This document shows, one piece after another, positions 16,026-24,719 of a stretch of 48,918 nt of DNA. The first letter of the stretch is position 1. Each line of letters opens with the position of its first letter. The translations under genes were made by a program, and so were the position numbers. Below the pieces are notes generated by a model. The model was not told the DNA's origin. It saw only the letters and a program-made list of their open reading frames with translations, and did no database searches. Source of the DNA: Gemmatimonas sp. (GTDB lineage Bacteria > Gemmatimonadota > Gemmatimonadetes > Gemmatimonadales > Gemmatimonadaceae); NCBI GenBank assembly GCA_031363115.1, contig JANLTT010000294.1, positions 1 to 48,918 of the forward strand, given 5' to 3'.

Positions 16026-16733
16026 TCAGGCGGGGCGCTCAGCTCGCCACTCCTCGCGACGCCGTACAATCATCCAGAGCGCAAAGGAAGCCGCTAGGCA
16101 GAGTGAAATCCACTCGATCCCCACGCCGAGCGTGCAACCCCCACCCTCGCTTCGATAGCCCGTCCAGAAGGGGTGCACGACGCCGACGAGCAGGAAGGCA
16201 GTCAGCACGCCGCCACTGACCGGCGGCAGCGCCGCACCAGCGCGCGCGAACCGCACCAACACTGCCGTGAGTATCAACAACGCGTACGCGAGCGCCATGT
16301 ACACGCGACCTGCAACAAGTGGCGGCGGGTCGCACACCGGCTCACCCGCGGCCGCGTTGAGCGTGCCGTCTCGCGCGGGACCAGACGAGATCCAGCATTC
16401 GCGCGTCGTATCCCCAGCAGCGCGGACCCGTACTTCGAAGCTGTTGCCCCAGGCGGCGAAACTCACGATCTCGATTCCGGGCGCGAGCGCGTGGCGCGCT
16501 GGGATGAGTTCTGACGCGGATGTGGCAAATCGCCCGGAGTCCGCGAAGAACGCCTCCTGCGAGGTGATGAGATTTCGCAGCTCGGCGCGCATGTTCGTCA
16601 GGTACATCTTCCCTTTGAAGTTGCACGCGCAGATGGACGTCGGCGTAGCGGCGGTGGCGGCCAGCGCGACGCCGAACGCGAGAAGTAGGGCGCTCGTGAG
16701 GCGCGCCACGCGTTTAATCCATTGCTGATGCAT
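16026..16733 (-). CDS. Pilin-like-domain membrane protein, paralog C
   Basis: MRAELRNLITSQEAFFADSGRF, ECW, GEPVCD, HPFWTGYR; ATG 16733 has a GAGGA RBS. Confidence 0.8.
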   Translation of the reverse strand: MHQQWIKRVARLTSALLLAFGVALAATAATPTSICACNFKGKMYLTNMRAELRNLITSQEAFFADSGRFATSASELIPARHALAPGIEIVSFAAWGNSFEVRVRAAGDTTRECWISSGPARDGTLNAAAGEPVCDPPPLVAGRVYMALAYALLILTAVLVRFARAGAALPPVSGGVLTAFLLVGVVHPFWTGYRSEGGGCTLGVGIEWISLCLAASFALWMIVRRREEWRAERPA

Positions 16734-16774
16734 GAGAATCCTCGCCGAGAAATGCCAAAGAAAAAGTGCGTCGC

Positions 16775-17665
16775 TCAGCAGCGAAGCCGCAACGGCGTGC
16801 CCCATGGGTCTTTCACGATGCCTTCCGAGCCGCCGTGCTCCAACTGCACGGGGAATCCCGCGCGCTCGAGACTGTCACACGCGGCGGCCACGTCCGCCGC
16901 TGTAGGCAGGCGAATTTCCCACGCCATCAGCCGCGCGTCCGTGTCGCCAGCGGGCGGAGCGCCGGCCGCCCACGTATTGAGGCCGAGATGATGGTGGTAG
17001 CCACCCGCGGCGAGAAAAAGTGCCCCAGGATAATCCCACACCATACGGTCAAGCCCGAGCGCCTCGTGATAAAAGGCTGAGGCGCGGTCAATCTCACCCA
17101 CGTGCAGATGGAGATGCCCCATCACCGTCCCCGCGGGCATGCCGCGCCACGGCTGACTCGCCGCAACCTGCACGAGCGACCGCATGTCGAGCGCCTCGGT
17201 CGCCATCTGCAGCTGCCGACCCTCGTGCCGCCAACTCTCGCGCGGGCGGTCGCTGTAGATCTCGATGCCGAGTCCATCGGGATCAGTGAGGTAAAGCGCC
17301 TCACTCACGAAATGGTCTGACGCGCCGGCACGTGCACCGATCGCCGAGAGGTGTGAGATGAACTGGCCGAGTGCCACGCGATCTGGCAGGAGAATCGCGA
17401 AGTGAAAAAGTCCGAGTCGCGCGCGGTCCCCGGCTGGGCGCGTCCCCGGCACGGCGTGCAACTCCACGAGCGGCGTATCGTCGGCGGCACCGAGGAGAGC
17501 GCTCGTCGGGTCTTCCGCGATGACGCGAAGGCCGAGCACCTGGGTGTAGAACTCAAGCGAGCGCGGGAGGTCGCTAATCTGCAGCCGCACGGGCCCGAGG
17601 CTCACCGCGGCGGGGAGGCGGTGACCGCTTGGGGCGATGCCGTACGGGAGGACGTTGTCGGGCAT
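16775..17665 (-). CDS. VOC/glyoxalase family protein, CatE (catechol 2,3-dioxygenase)-like
   Basis: GL.HFAILLP.R, DH.VSEALY..DPDG.GIEIY.DRP, MGH.HL.V, F...GGYHHH.G.NTW, DPWG; GGAG RBS. Confidence 0.88.
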   Translation of the reverse strand: MPDNVLPYGIAPSGHRLPAAVSLGPVRLQISDLPRSLEFYTQVLGLRVIAEDPTSALLGAADDTPLVELHAVPGTRPAGDRARLGLFHFAILLPDRVALGQFISHLSAIGARAGASDHFVSEALYLTDPDGLGIEIYSDRPRESWRHEGRQLQMATEALDMRSLVQVAASQPWRGMPAGTVMGHLHLHVGEIDRASAFYHEALGLDRMVWDYPGALFLAAGGYHHHLGLNTWAAGAPPAGDTDARLMAWEIRLPTAADVAAACDSLERAGFPVQLEHGGSEGIVKDPWGTPLRLRC

Positions 17666-17734
17666 GGAAGACTCCTGAGAGTGGAGCGCAGCCGTACAGA
17701 TTTGGAGTGTGCACTCGGCGCGCAGGTGCGGCTA

Positions 17735-17750
17735 GTCATGGAAACATGAC
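17735..17750. promoter_or_regulatory. Perfect inverted repeat GTCATG-GAAA-CATGAC, candidate operator
   Basis: 6-4-6 palindrome in the divergent VOC/TBDR intergenic region. Confidence 0.4.
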
Positions 17751-17755
17751 AAATC

Positions 17756-17783
17756 TTGACGGGATTAAAATCTCCATTAGATT
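17756..17783 (+). promoter_or_regulatory. Sigma70-type promoter for the TonB-dependent receptor
   Basis: TTGACG-N16-TAGATT in an AT-rich island. Confidence 0.65.
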
Positions 17784-17787
17784 GTCT

Positions 17788-17817
17788 GTTGAGAATGATT
17801 CTCAACTATTCTCAACT
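17788..17817 (+). promoter_or_regulatory. Fur box (GTTGAGAAT-G-ATTCTCAAC) plus an extra half-site
   Basis: Perfect 9-1-9 inverted repeat at 17788-17806 resembling the 7-1-7 Fur core; ATTCTCAACT is tandemly repeated (17798-17817); lies just downstream of the -10. Confidence 0.85.
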
Positions 17818-17857
17818 CCCCTGAGACCGGGAGACTCTGTCCCCCCCCTTCGCACAT

Positions 17858-20269
17858 ATGTCGTTCTCCGCCATCGCTCTCCGCACCATCGCCGCTGTCG
17901 CGCTGCTGACCTCCTCCCTCACCGCACAGGGGAGCATCGCGGGCCGAATCACCCTCCCGGACAGCCGTACTCCGGTCCCGGGAGCGATCGTTCGCGTCGC
18001 CGGAACGTCCCTCAGCGCGCTCGCGGATTCCACGGGCCGATTCCTGATTCACCGAGTGCCGGCGGGGAGCGTGCTCGTTGAGGCCAGCGCCCCCGGACAT
18101 ACCCTCGAACAGCGCAGCGTCTTGGTCATCGACGGGGACACGCTTCGCGTATTCCTTCGCCTCTCCACCGCGCCCCGTGAACTCGCCGGTGTCACCGTGC
18201 TCGGCGCGGCGAGCGATGCGCTTGAGCGTATTCCTGGCTCCGCGACGGCGATCTCGCTGCGGCAGATTGAACAGATGCAGCCGTTGTCGGCGAATGACGT
18301 GCTGCGCACCGTACCCGGCGTGCATCTCCAGGGAGAGGAAGGCGCAGGTCTCCGCGCGAACATTGGTATTCGTGGGCTCGATCCCGATCGCTCGCGTACC
18401 GTGCTCGTGTTAGAGGATGGCATTCCGGTGGCGCTCGCGCCGTATGGTGAGCCCGAGCTCTACTACTCGCCGCCGATCGATCGCATGTCTCGCGTGGAGA
18501 TCATCAAGGGCAGCGGCTCGATTCTCTTCGGCCCGCAGACCATCGGCGGCGTGGTGAACTACGTGACCGCCGATCCGACGACAGAGTGGGCGGGGCGCGT
18601 CGATGCACGCGGCGGGAGCGGTGGCCAGCAGTTTGCGAAGATCATGCTCGGCGGCACGCGTGGAAACGCGCGCGGCATCCTCAGCGCATTTCGTCGCAGC
18701 GCCGATGATTTCAACGGGCTCAACTACGACGTACGCGACGCGACCGCAAAGGTCGGTCTGCGCAGCGCGTTCGGCGACTTCAGCGCGAAGCTCAGCGTGT
18801 ACGAGGAGCGCTCGAACGCGACGTACGTCGGACTCACCGACTCGATGTATCGCGCGGATCCGTTCCGGCATCCCATGCCAACCGACGGACTGAACATCGC
18901 GCGACAGGCGCTCACGCTTTCGCACGAGACGGCCATCGGACGCGGGACCCTTCGCACCACGGCCTACGGTTACAGCACCACGCGCGACTGGATGCGCCGC
19001 AACTACACGTACAACGCGACGGGCAACTCGATTGTGCTCGGCAACGCGAGCGGCGGACGCGATCGCGACTTCGACGTCGCGGGCATTGAGCCGCGCTTTC
19101 GCCTGATCTGGAGTGCGGGGTCAGTGACCTCCGACCTCGACATCGGGGCCCGCTACCATACGGAGCGGGCGCGCGATCAGTTCGTCAGCGCGACGGCGGA
19201 CGGTACGCCCACCGATATCCGCGACGACGAGCGTCGCTCCGGTGAGGCGGTCTCGGCGTGGGTGCAAAACCGGTTCGCGCTCACCTCGACAATTGAGCTG
19301 ACGCCGGGAATGCGCGTCGAGCAGTTCGGGTTTGATCGCCGCATCACGCGCACGCGGGTGCGTCGCACGACAGGAAGTGGCTCGACGCGATTCGTGGAGA
19401 ACGTGAACATCGTCTCCGGCGATCAGGTCGGGGCCTTCATTCCCGGACTCGGAGCCACGTGGCGTCCGCGTGAGCGCATCACCGTCTTTGGCGGCGCGCA
19501 CCGTGGCTTTGCGCCGCCTCGCACGAAGGACGCGCTGATCTTCACCGACGCGACGCTGGCCCCGGATCAGCAGGTGCCGGATCCGGTCTCGCTGCAACTC
19601 GATGCGGAGCACAGCTGGAACTATGAGGTCGGGGCGCGTGTGGCGCCGTTGCCCTGGCTCTCGTTGGAGGCAACTGCGTTTGTGCTCGATTTCACCAATC
19701 AGATCATTGAGCCGTCGCTCTCCGCGGGCTCCACCGCTGACGCGGCGCTGGCGAATCAGGGAGCCACGCGCCACCGTGGGGTCGAGGTCGGCGGCGCGAT
19801 GAGCTTTGGGCGAGTAGCTGGGAGCGCGCTGGCACTGACGATTGAGGGGAACTGGACCTACGCGCACGCCGTGTTCTCGCGAGATCGGTTCCTGAAGCAG
19901 GGGAGCGACACCGTGAATGTGCGTGGCAACGCGCTCCCGTACGCGCCGCGCCATCGGGCGCATGGCGCGGTGACGGTGGAGCATCCGGTCGGTCTCCGAC
20001 TCCGCGTGGATGGCAGCCATGTTGGAGCGCAGTTCAGCGACAACTTCGAGACTCGTGTGGGGAGCGCGAACGGCCGCGTCGGTGAGATTCCGGCCTATCG
20101 CGTCTATGACGTGTCGTTGCAGTACGACCTGCCTGGCATTGACGGGGCGCGCCTCACCGGCGCCGTGAAGAACCTGTCCGACCTCACTTACATCGCATCG
20201 CGTCGTCCGGAAGGCATCAAGGCCGGACTTCCGCGTCTGCTCACCCTCGGCCTCTCGTGGGGCTTCTAA
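17858..20269 (+). CDS. TonB-dependent receptor, FecA-like, with N-terminal carboxypeptidase-regulatory-like domain
   Basis: Signal peptide; plug NIGIRGL.P.RS...LEDG.P...APYG.P.LYY.P, IKG.GS; LPYAP; C-terminal Phe (LSWGF). Confidence 0.92.
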   Translation: MSFSAIALRTIAAVALLTSSLTAQGSIAGRITLPDSRTPVPGAIVRVAGTSLSALADSTGRFLIHRVPAGSVLVEASAPGHTLEQRSVLVIDGDTLRVFLRLSTAPRELAGVTVLGAASDALERIPGSATAISLRQIEQMQPLSANDVLRTVPGVHLQGEEGAGLRANIGIRGLDPDRSRTVLVLEDGIPVALAPYGEPELYYSPPIDRMSRVEIIKGSGSILFGPQTIGGVVNYVTADPTTEWAGRVDARGGSGGQQFAKIMLGGTRGNARGILSAFRRSADDFNGLNYDVRDATAKVGLRSAFGDFSAKLSVYEERSNATYVGLTDSMYRADPFRHPMPTDGLNIARQALTLSHETAIGRGTLRTTAYGYSTTRDWMRRNYTYNATGNSIVLGNASGGRDRDFDVAGIEPRFRLIWSAGSVTSDLDIGARYHTERARDQFVSATADGTPTDIRDDERRSGEAVSAWVQNRFALTSTIELTPGMRVEQFGFDRRITRTRVRRTTGSGSTRFVENVNIVSGDQVGAFIPGLGATWRPRERITVFGGAHRGFAPPRTKDALIFTDATLAPDQQVPDPVSLQLDAEHSWNYEVGARVAPLPWLSLEATAFVLDFTNQIIEPSLSAGSTADAALANQGATRHRGVEVGGAMSFGRVAGSALALTIEGNWTYAHAVFSRDRFLKQGSDTVNVRGNALPYAPRHRAHGAVTVEHPVGLRLRVDGSHVGAQFSDNFETRVGSANGRVGEIPAYRVYDVSLQYDLPGIDGARLTGAVKNLSDLTYIASRRPEGIKAGLPRLLTLGLSWGF

Positions 20270-20398
20270 CCCACGCGTCGTCGATTCGCATGATGGCGTC
20301 GTGACGTTGCTGGTGGTGGTCTTTGCCGCCATCGTTATCGTGGATGCGATTTCTCCATGACTACGCTCGCGCTTCCTGACGCATGTCCCGGGGGGACG

Positions 20399-20752
20399 AT
20401 GATTCAACCGCCTGACGAGGCGCAGCCCGCGCTCGCGGCCATTCATGCGGCCGGTGGCGATGAGCTGGTGCAGGCGATGCTGCAGGCGTTCAGCGGATTC
20501 GCGACGGCCCAGATCGCTTGGCTGGAGCGGCAGTTTGCCTTGCGCCAGTACGAAGGCGTGGCGGCTGCGGCACGCGCCCTGCGGATGAGTGCGGCGCAGA
20601 TCGGCGCGGTGCAGGTCGCACGGGCGTGTGACGTCGTGGAACTCGCCGGAGCGGGCGAAGACGCAGCGGGCGTCGCCCATGCGGTGGAAACGCTAGGCGA
20701 CGCCCTTGCCACTGCTCATGCCTGGATCGACGAGGATCCTGAGGACGACTGA
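20399..20752 (+). CDS. Hpt-fold protein lacking the phospho-acceptor His
   Basis: GG.ELV..M...F, A.R.L..SAAQIGA..V...C..VE matches the Hpt consensus (AH.LK.S...IGA..L...C..LE) except H>R; GGGGGA RBS before ATG 20399 (alternative ATG 20357). Confidence 0.7.
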   Translation: MIQPPDEAQPALAAIHAAGGDELVQAMLQAFSGFATAQIAWLERQFALRQYEGVAAAARALRMSAAQIGAVQVARACDVVELAGAGEDAAGVAHAVETLGDALATAHAWIDEDPEDD

Positions 20753-20765
20753 CGTTAGACGGACA

Positions 20766-23030
20766 TTATCGCGGAACGCGCACCCGCTGCGTGACCGCCG
20801 TGTCGCCCTGCGGGATGGCCACCGGTGCCGCTGGCTGCGGAGCAATCTGCGCGAAGATGTCACCAAAGTTCGTGGCGATGGCCACTTGACGCGCGGTCTC
20901 GAGAATCTCGTCTGACTTCTTCTGATTCCCCGAGCGCGCGAGCGCCTCGGACGTGATGATGCCCGTGTTGAAGATCAGGAACGGAATGCCGCGCGACGGT
21001 GAGTCCACCCAATCACCGCGACGAATCAGCGAGGCCGGCGCCTTGAACTCGTCCCACAGCGCCGCCGAACGCTTCACGTCCACATAGCCTTCGCCCGGCA
21101 CGAGCACGATGTCACCACCCAGCGCGGCGGGACGCGAGAGGATCTTCTGCGCGTGGCCCTGCGTGACGGCATACGCCTGCAGTCCGAGTTCCTCGACGAG
21201 GCCACCCGCGGTGCGGCTGAAGTGCACGGCGCGAATGTCATTGTCGAGGATCATGCGGAGCACGAGCATGTCCGCGCGCGTGAGCACGCGCGGCTGGATC
21301 ATCGCTTCGATCTCGCCCTTCTTGAAGAGCTGCGGACGATCAAGTTCGCGATAGAGCGGCAGGCGATCGGCTTCGTCGAAGGTCATGTTGAGGACGCCGC
21401 GATCCGGCTTCACCCAGTTGCCTTCGCGGAAGGCGGCAGGACCGGCTTCCTTGTCGTACTCGAACACCTCGCGACGAATCAGCTGCCGTGTGTACCACTC
21501 GGTGTTGAGTAACGAGGTGTTGGCAATCGTCACGTCCTTGCGGACGCCGAGCACTTCCTGCGCATACCAAAGCGGGAAGGTGTCGTTGTCGCCCACGGTC
21601 ACCAGCACACCGTATGGCTCCACCGAGTTCAACATGTCGATGGCGAAGTCGGCGGTGTCGGTCTCACCGGCGCGCGACGAAGCCGACCAGTTGCCGGCCA
21701 TCGGGACGAAGGCGAAGAGCAGCACCGGCGCTGCAACGAGCCAGGCCTTCTTGGTCGGGAGATCATAGGACTCCTTGCCCACCGTGACGCGCTCGCGTCC
21801 GATGAGCACCGCAATCGACTCCCACACATACACGAGGCCGAGCGCGGCCCAGACGCTCCACGCCGAGAAGCTCCACAGATAGAAGTAGTCGCGGTCACGA
21901 ACCTCGCGGTCCACCATTTGCCCAAGCTCGGGGTTCTGTGACGCGCCGTACTTGAAGTTCAGGTAGTAAATCAGGCCGATCGTCAGCGTGGCCATCAGCG
22001 GACCGAAGTACGCGAAGCTTCGAGGATCGCGGCGGTAATGCACCCAACCGCCGAGTACGCCAAGCAGCAGGAAGATGGCGGCGAGACCGCCCTGGAGACC
22101 GGGGCGCTCCTGCTTATGGTCGCGCAGCCACTGCCACTTGAAGTAGAGCCACCACATCCCGACCTGCGCCGAGAACGGGGCCATGCGTTCGGTCACCGCG
22201 GGCTTGCCGTACTGCCCACGATTGAAGTTGTACATGAAGGCGTCGTAGGTGCCCTTTGAGAAGGTGCAGCCGACTTCGAGTCCCTGACGACAGGCCGTCG
22301 GATCGCCTTCGTTGATGGCCGGATTGTGCGCCGCGCGAATCGGCTGCGTCACGAACGACGAGCCGCCGAGCACGAGCGCAAGCACGGCGACGAGAATCAA
22401 CTTCCACTTCAGGATGATCTGCGGCTTGCGCAGCAGCACCGCGATGCCGGCGGCCGGGAGGACGAGGAGGCCGGCCATGTGATTGGCGTAGCCCAAGCCC
22501 GCGAGATAGGCGACGAGGACGAGAATCTTGTCGGCCTGCGGCGAGTCGGGCTCGTCGCACCAGCGGACGATCAACCACGAGCAGATGGCGAGAAACGCCA
22601 GCGAAACGGTGTAGACCTTCTCGTTGACGACGGAGTTGCTCCAAACCGTGAACGCGGTCGCGCCAATCAGTACGGCAATCGCGCCACCAACGATGCGCTG
22701 CCAGCGCGCTTCGAACCAGCCCACGAGCACGCGCTCGGTGATGAGGAACCACATCCCCGCGGAGACGGCGCTCGAAAGCGCGGCGAGGAGGTTCACGCGC
22801 ATCGCGATGTTCGGGGCAATCGGGAGGATGGTGAAAACGCGCCCGATGAGCACGAAGAACGGATTGCCCGGCGGATGCGGCAACCCGAGGGTGTACGCGG
22901 CCGCGATGTACTCGCTCGTGTCCCACATCGCCGTCTCGGGGGAGAGGGTGAGGAGGTAGAGGAGAAACGTCAGACCAGCCGCAACGGCAGCGGCGAAGTA
23001 AGACGGGCGGTAGTCGAGGTCTGTGGACAT
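20766..23030 (-). CDS. DUF2723 (TMEM260-like, GT-C) multi-pass membrane glycosyltransferase
   Basis: WD..EYI..AY.LG.PHPPG.PF, F..WS.....EKVY, REVRDRDYF, GDNDTFPLWYAQEV.G.R.DV...N..LL.T.WY. Confidence 0.88.
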   Translation of the reverse strand: MSTDLDYRPSYFAAAVAAGLTFLLYLLTLSPETAMWDTSEYIAAAYTLGLPHPPGNPFFVLIGRVFTILPIAPNIAMRVNLLAALSSAVSAGMWFLITERVLVGWFEARWQRIVGGAIAVLIGATAFTVWSNSVVNEKVYTVSLAFLAICSWLIVRWCDEPDSPQADKILVLVAYLAGLGYANHMAGLLVLPAAGIAVLLRKPQIILKWKLILVAVLALVLGGSSFVTQPIRAAHNPAINEGDPTACRQGLEVGCTFSKGTYDAFMYNFNRGQYGKPAVTERMAPFSAQVGMWWLYFKWQWLRDHKQERPGLQGGLAAIFLLLGVLGGWVHYRRDPRSFAYFGPLMATLTIGLIYYLNFKYGASQNPELGQMVDREVRDRDYFYLWSFSAWSVWAALGLVYVWESIAVLIGRERVTVGKESYDLPTKKAWLVAAPVLLFAFVPMAGNWSASSRAGETDTADFAIDMLNSVEPYGVLVTVGDNDTFPLWYAQEVLGVRKDVTIANTSLLNTEWYTRQLIRREVFEYDKEAGPAAFREGNWVKPDRGVLNMTFDEADRLPLYRELDRPQLFKKGEIEAMIQPRVLTRADMLVLRMILDNDIRAVHFSRTAGGLVEELGLQAYAVTQGHAQKILSRPAALGGDIVLVPGEGYVDVKRSAALWDEFKAPASLIRRGDWVDSPSRGIPFLIFNTGIITSEALARSGNQKKSDEILETARQVAIATNFGDIFAQIAPQPAAPVAIPQGDTAVTQRVRVPR

Positions 23031-23074
23031 CTGTGGGCGTCTATTGGGATAATGAAGACAGAAAACTATCACTT

Positions 23075-23146
23075 AGATGAAGGATGGAGGATGAAAGAAA
23101 GGGCCAACGAGCATCTTTCCTCCTCCATCCTTCATCTTTCATCCTG
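23075..23146. repeat. Inverted repeat built of GATG(G/A)AG heptamers (REP-like), copy 1
   Basis: 23075-23098 pairs with 23114-23137 at 23 of 24 positions. Confidence 0.85.
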
Positions 23147-23150
23147 AGAC

Positions 23151-24683
23151 TTAGTGCCTAAACGTACGCTGGCCGGTGAAGACCATCGCGATGCCGAATT
23201 CGTCGGCGGCCGCAATCACTTCATCATCCCGCACCGAGCCGCCGGGCTGGACGATAGCCTTTACCCCCGCCTGCGCCGCCTGCTCCACGCCATCTCTAAA
23301 TGGGAAGAAGGCGTCGCTGCCGAGGGCTGACCCCTCGGTCGCGTGCCCGGCCACCCGGGCCTTGTGCGCCGCGAGGAAGGCCGCGTCCACGCGGGACATC
23401 TGCCCCGCGCCAATGCCAATCGTCGCGCCGTCGCGTGTGAGCACGATGGCGTTGGACTTCACGCTGGCCACGGCGCGCCAGGCAAACAGCAGGTCCTTCA
23501 GTTCCGCGGCGGTGGGCTGCCGCTTGGTCATCACGCGCCATCCAGCGTCGTTGAGCACCGAGGGGGCCCGTTCCTGTACCAGCACGCCACCGCGGACGCC
23601 CTTCACATCGAGCGCGGTCCCCGTCACGCGCGCCGAACCCTCGAGCACGCGAAGGTTCTTTTTCGCCCCGAGCGCGGTGAGGGCCTCCGGTGAGTACGAC
23701 GGCGCGACGACGCATTCCACGAAGAGCGAGGCGACGGCCTGCGCCGCGGCTTCATCAACCGGGACGGAGAAGGCAATCACGCTGCCGAACGCCGAGACGG
23801 GGTCGCAGGCGAGTGCTTTCTGATAGGCTTCGAGCGGGGTGCGACCCGTCGCGAGACCGCACGGGGTGGTGTGCTTGATGATGGCGCAGGCGACTTCCTC
23901 ACCGAAGGGGTCGATGGCGAGCATCGCCCCCTCGAGGTCCAGGAGATTATTGAAGCTCAGTTCCTTGCCACCGTGCTGCTTGAGCGCGCCGAGTCCGCCG
24001 CCCCGTGTCTCCACGTAAAACGCCGCCTGCTGTCCCGGGTTCTCCCCGTACCGCAACGACTGCACGCGCTCAAAGGCGAGGGTGAGCTTCTCGGGAAATC
24101 GATCGCCGCGCTGCGCCGCAAACCAACCGCTGATTGCCGCATCGTACGAGGCGGTATGCGCGTAGACCTTCTCCGCGAGATCACGACGGAGTTCCAGCGC
24201 ATCGCCGCCGTTCTTCAACGACTCGAGCACGCGCGTGTAGTCCGAGGGATCCACCACCACCGTCACGGCCGCAAAGTTCTTCGCGGCGGAGCGGAGCATC
24301 GAGGGACCACCGATGTCGATCTGCTCAATCACATGATCGGGTGCGAGGCCGGGCTTCGCGGCCGCCTCGCGGAAGGGATACAGATTCACGCACACCAAGT
24401 CGATTGGCGCGATGCCGTGCGCGGCAATCGCCTCCATGTGCGCCGGCACGTCGCGGCGCGCGAGCAACCCGCCATGCACCACGGGATGCAGCGTCTTCAC
24501 GCGCCCGTCGAGCATCTCCGGAAACTTGGTGACATCGGCGACATCGCGGACGGCCAGCCCGGCATCGCGAAGCGCCTTGGAGGTCCCGCCGGTGGAGAGC
24601 AGGGTGAAGCCGAATTCCACGAGGCCGCGCGCGAAGTCAACGAGGCCTGATTTATCGGAGACGGAAAGGAGGGCGATGGGCAT
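23151..24683 (-). CDS. purH: Bifunctional AICAR formyltransferase/IMP cyclohydrolase
   Basis: ALLSVSDK, STGGT, GRVKTLHP, IDIGGP, LRYGENP.Q, VKSNAI, SDAFFPF, QPGGS.RD, F..RH. Confidence 0.98.
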   Translation of the reverse strand: MPIALLSVSDKSGLVDFARGLVEFGFTLLSTGGTSKALRDAGLAVRDVADVTKFPEMLDGRVKTLHPVVHGGLLARRDVPAHMEAIAAHGIAPIDLVCVNLYPFREAAAKPGLAPDHVIEQIDIGGPSMLRSAAKNFAAVTVVVDPSDYTRVLESLKNGGDALELRRDLAEKVYAHTASYDAAISGWFAAQRGDRFPEKLTLAFERVQSLRYGENPGQQAAFYVETRGGGLGALKQHGGKELSFNNLLDLEGAMLAIDPFGEEVACAIIKHTTPCGLATGRTPLEAYQKALACDPVSAFGSVIAFSVPVDEAAAQAVASLFVECVVAPSYSPEALTALGAKKNLRVLEGSARVTGTALDVKGVRGGVLVQERAPSVLNDAGWRVMTKRQPTAAELKDLLFAWRAVASVKSNAIVLTRDGATIGIGAGQMSRVDAAFLAAHKARVAGHATEGSALGSDAFFPFRDGVEQAAQAGVKAIVQPGGSVRDDEVIAAADEFGIAMVFTGQRTFRH

Positions 24684-24719
24684 ATCAGTACGTTCGTGTG
24701 CGGGAAGGCAACGGAAATA

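Noticed and set aside
16775-16777. UGA read-through (Sec) fusing the VOC gene to pilin-like paralog C
   Set aside because: The frames differ, and the VOC domain is complete at DPWG...; C has its own RBS.
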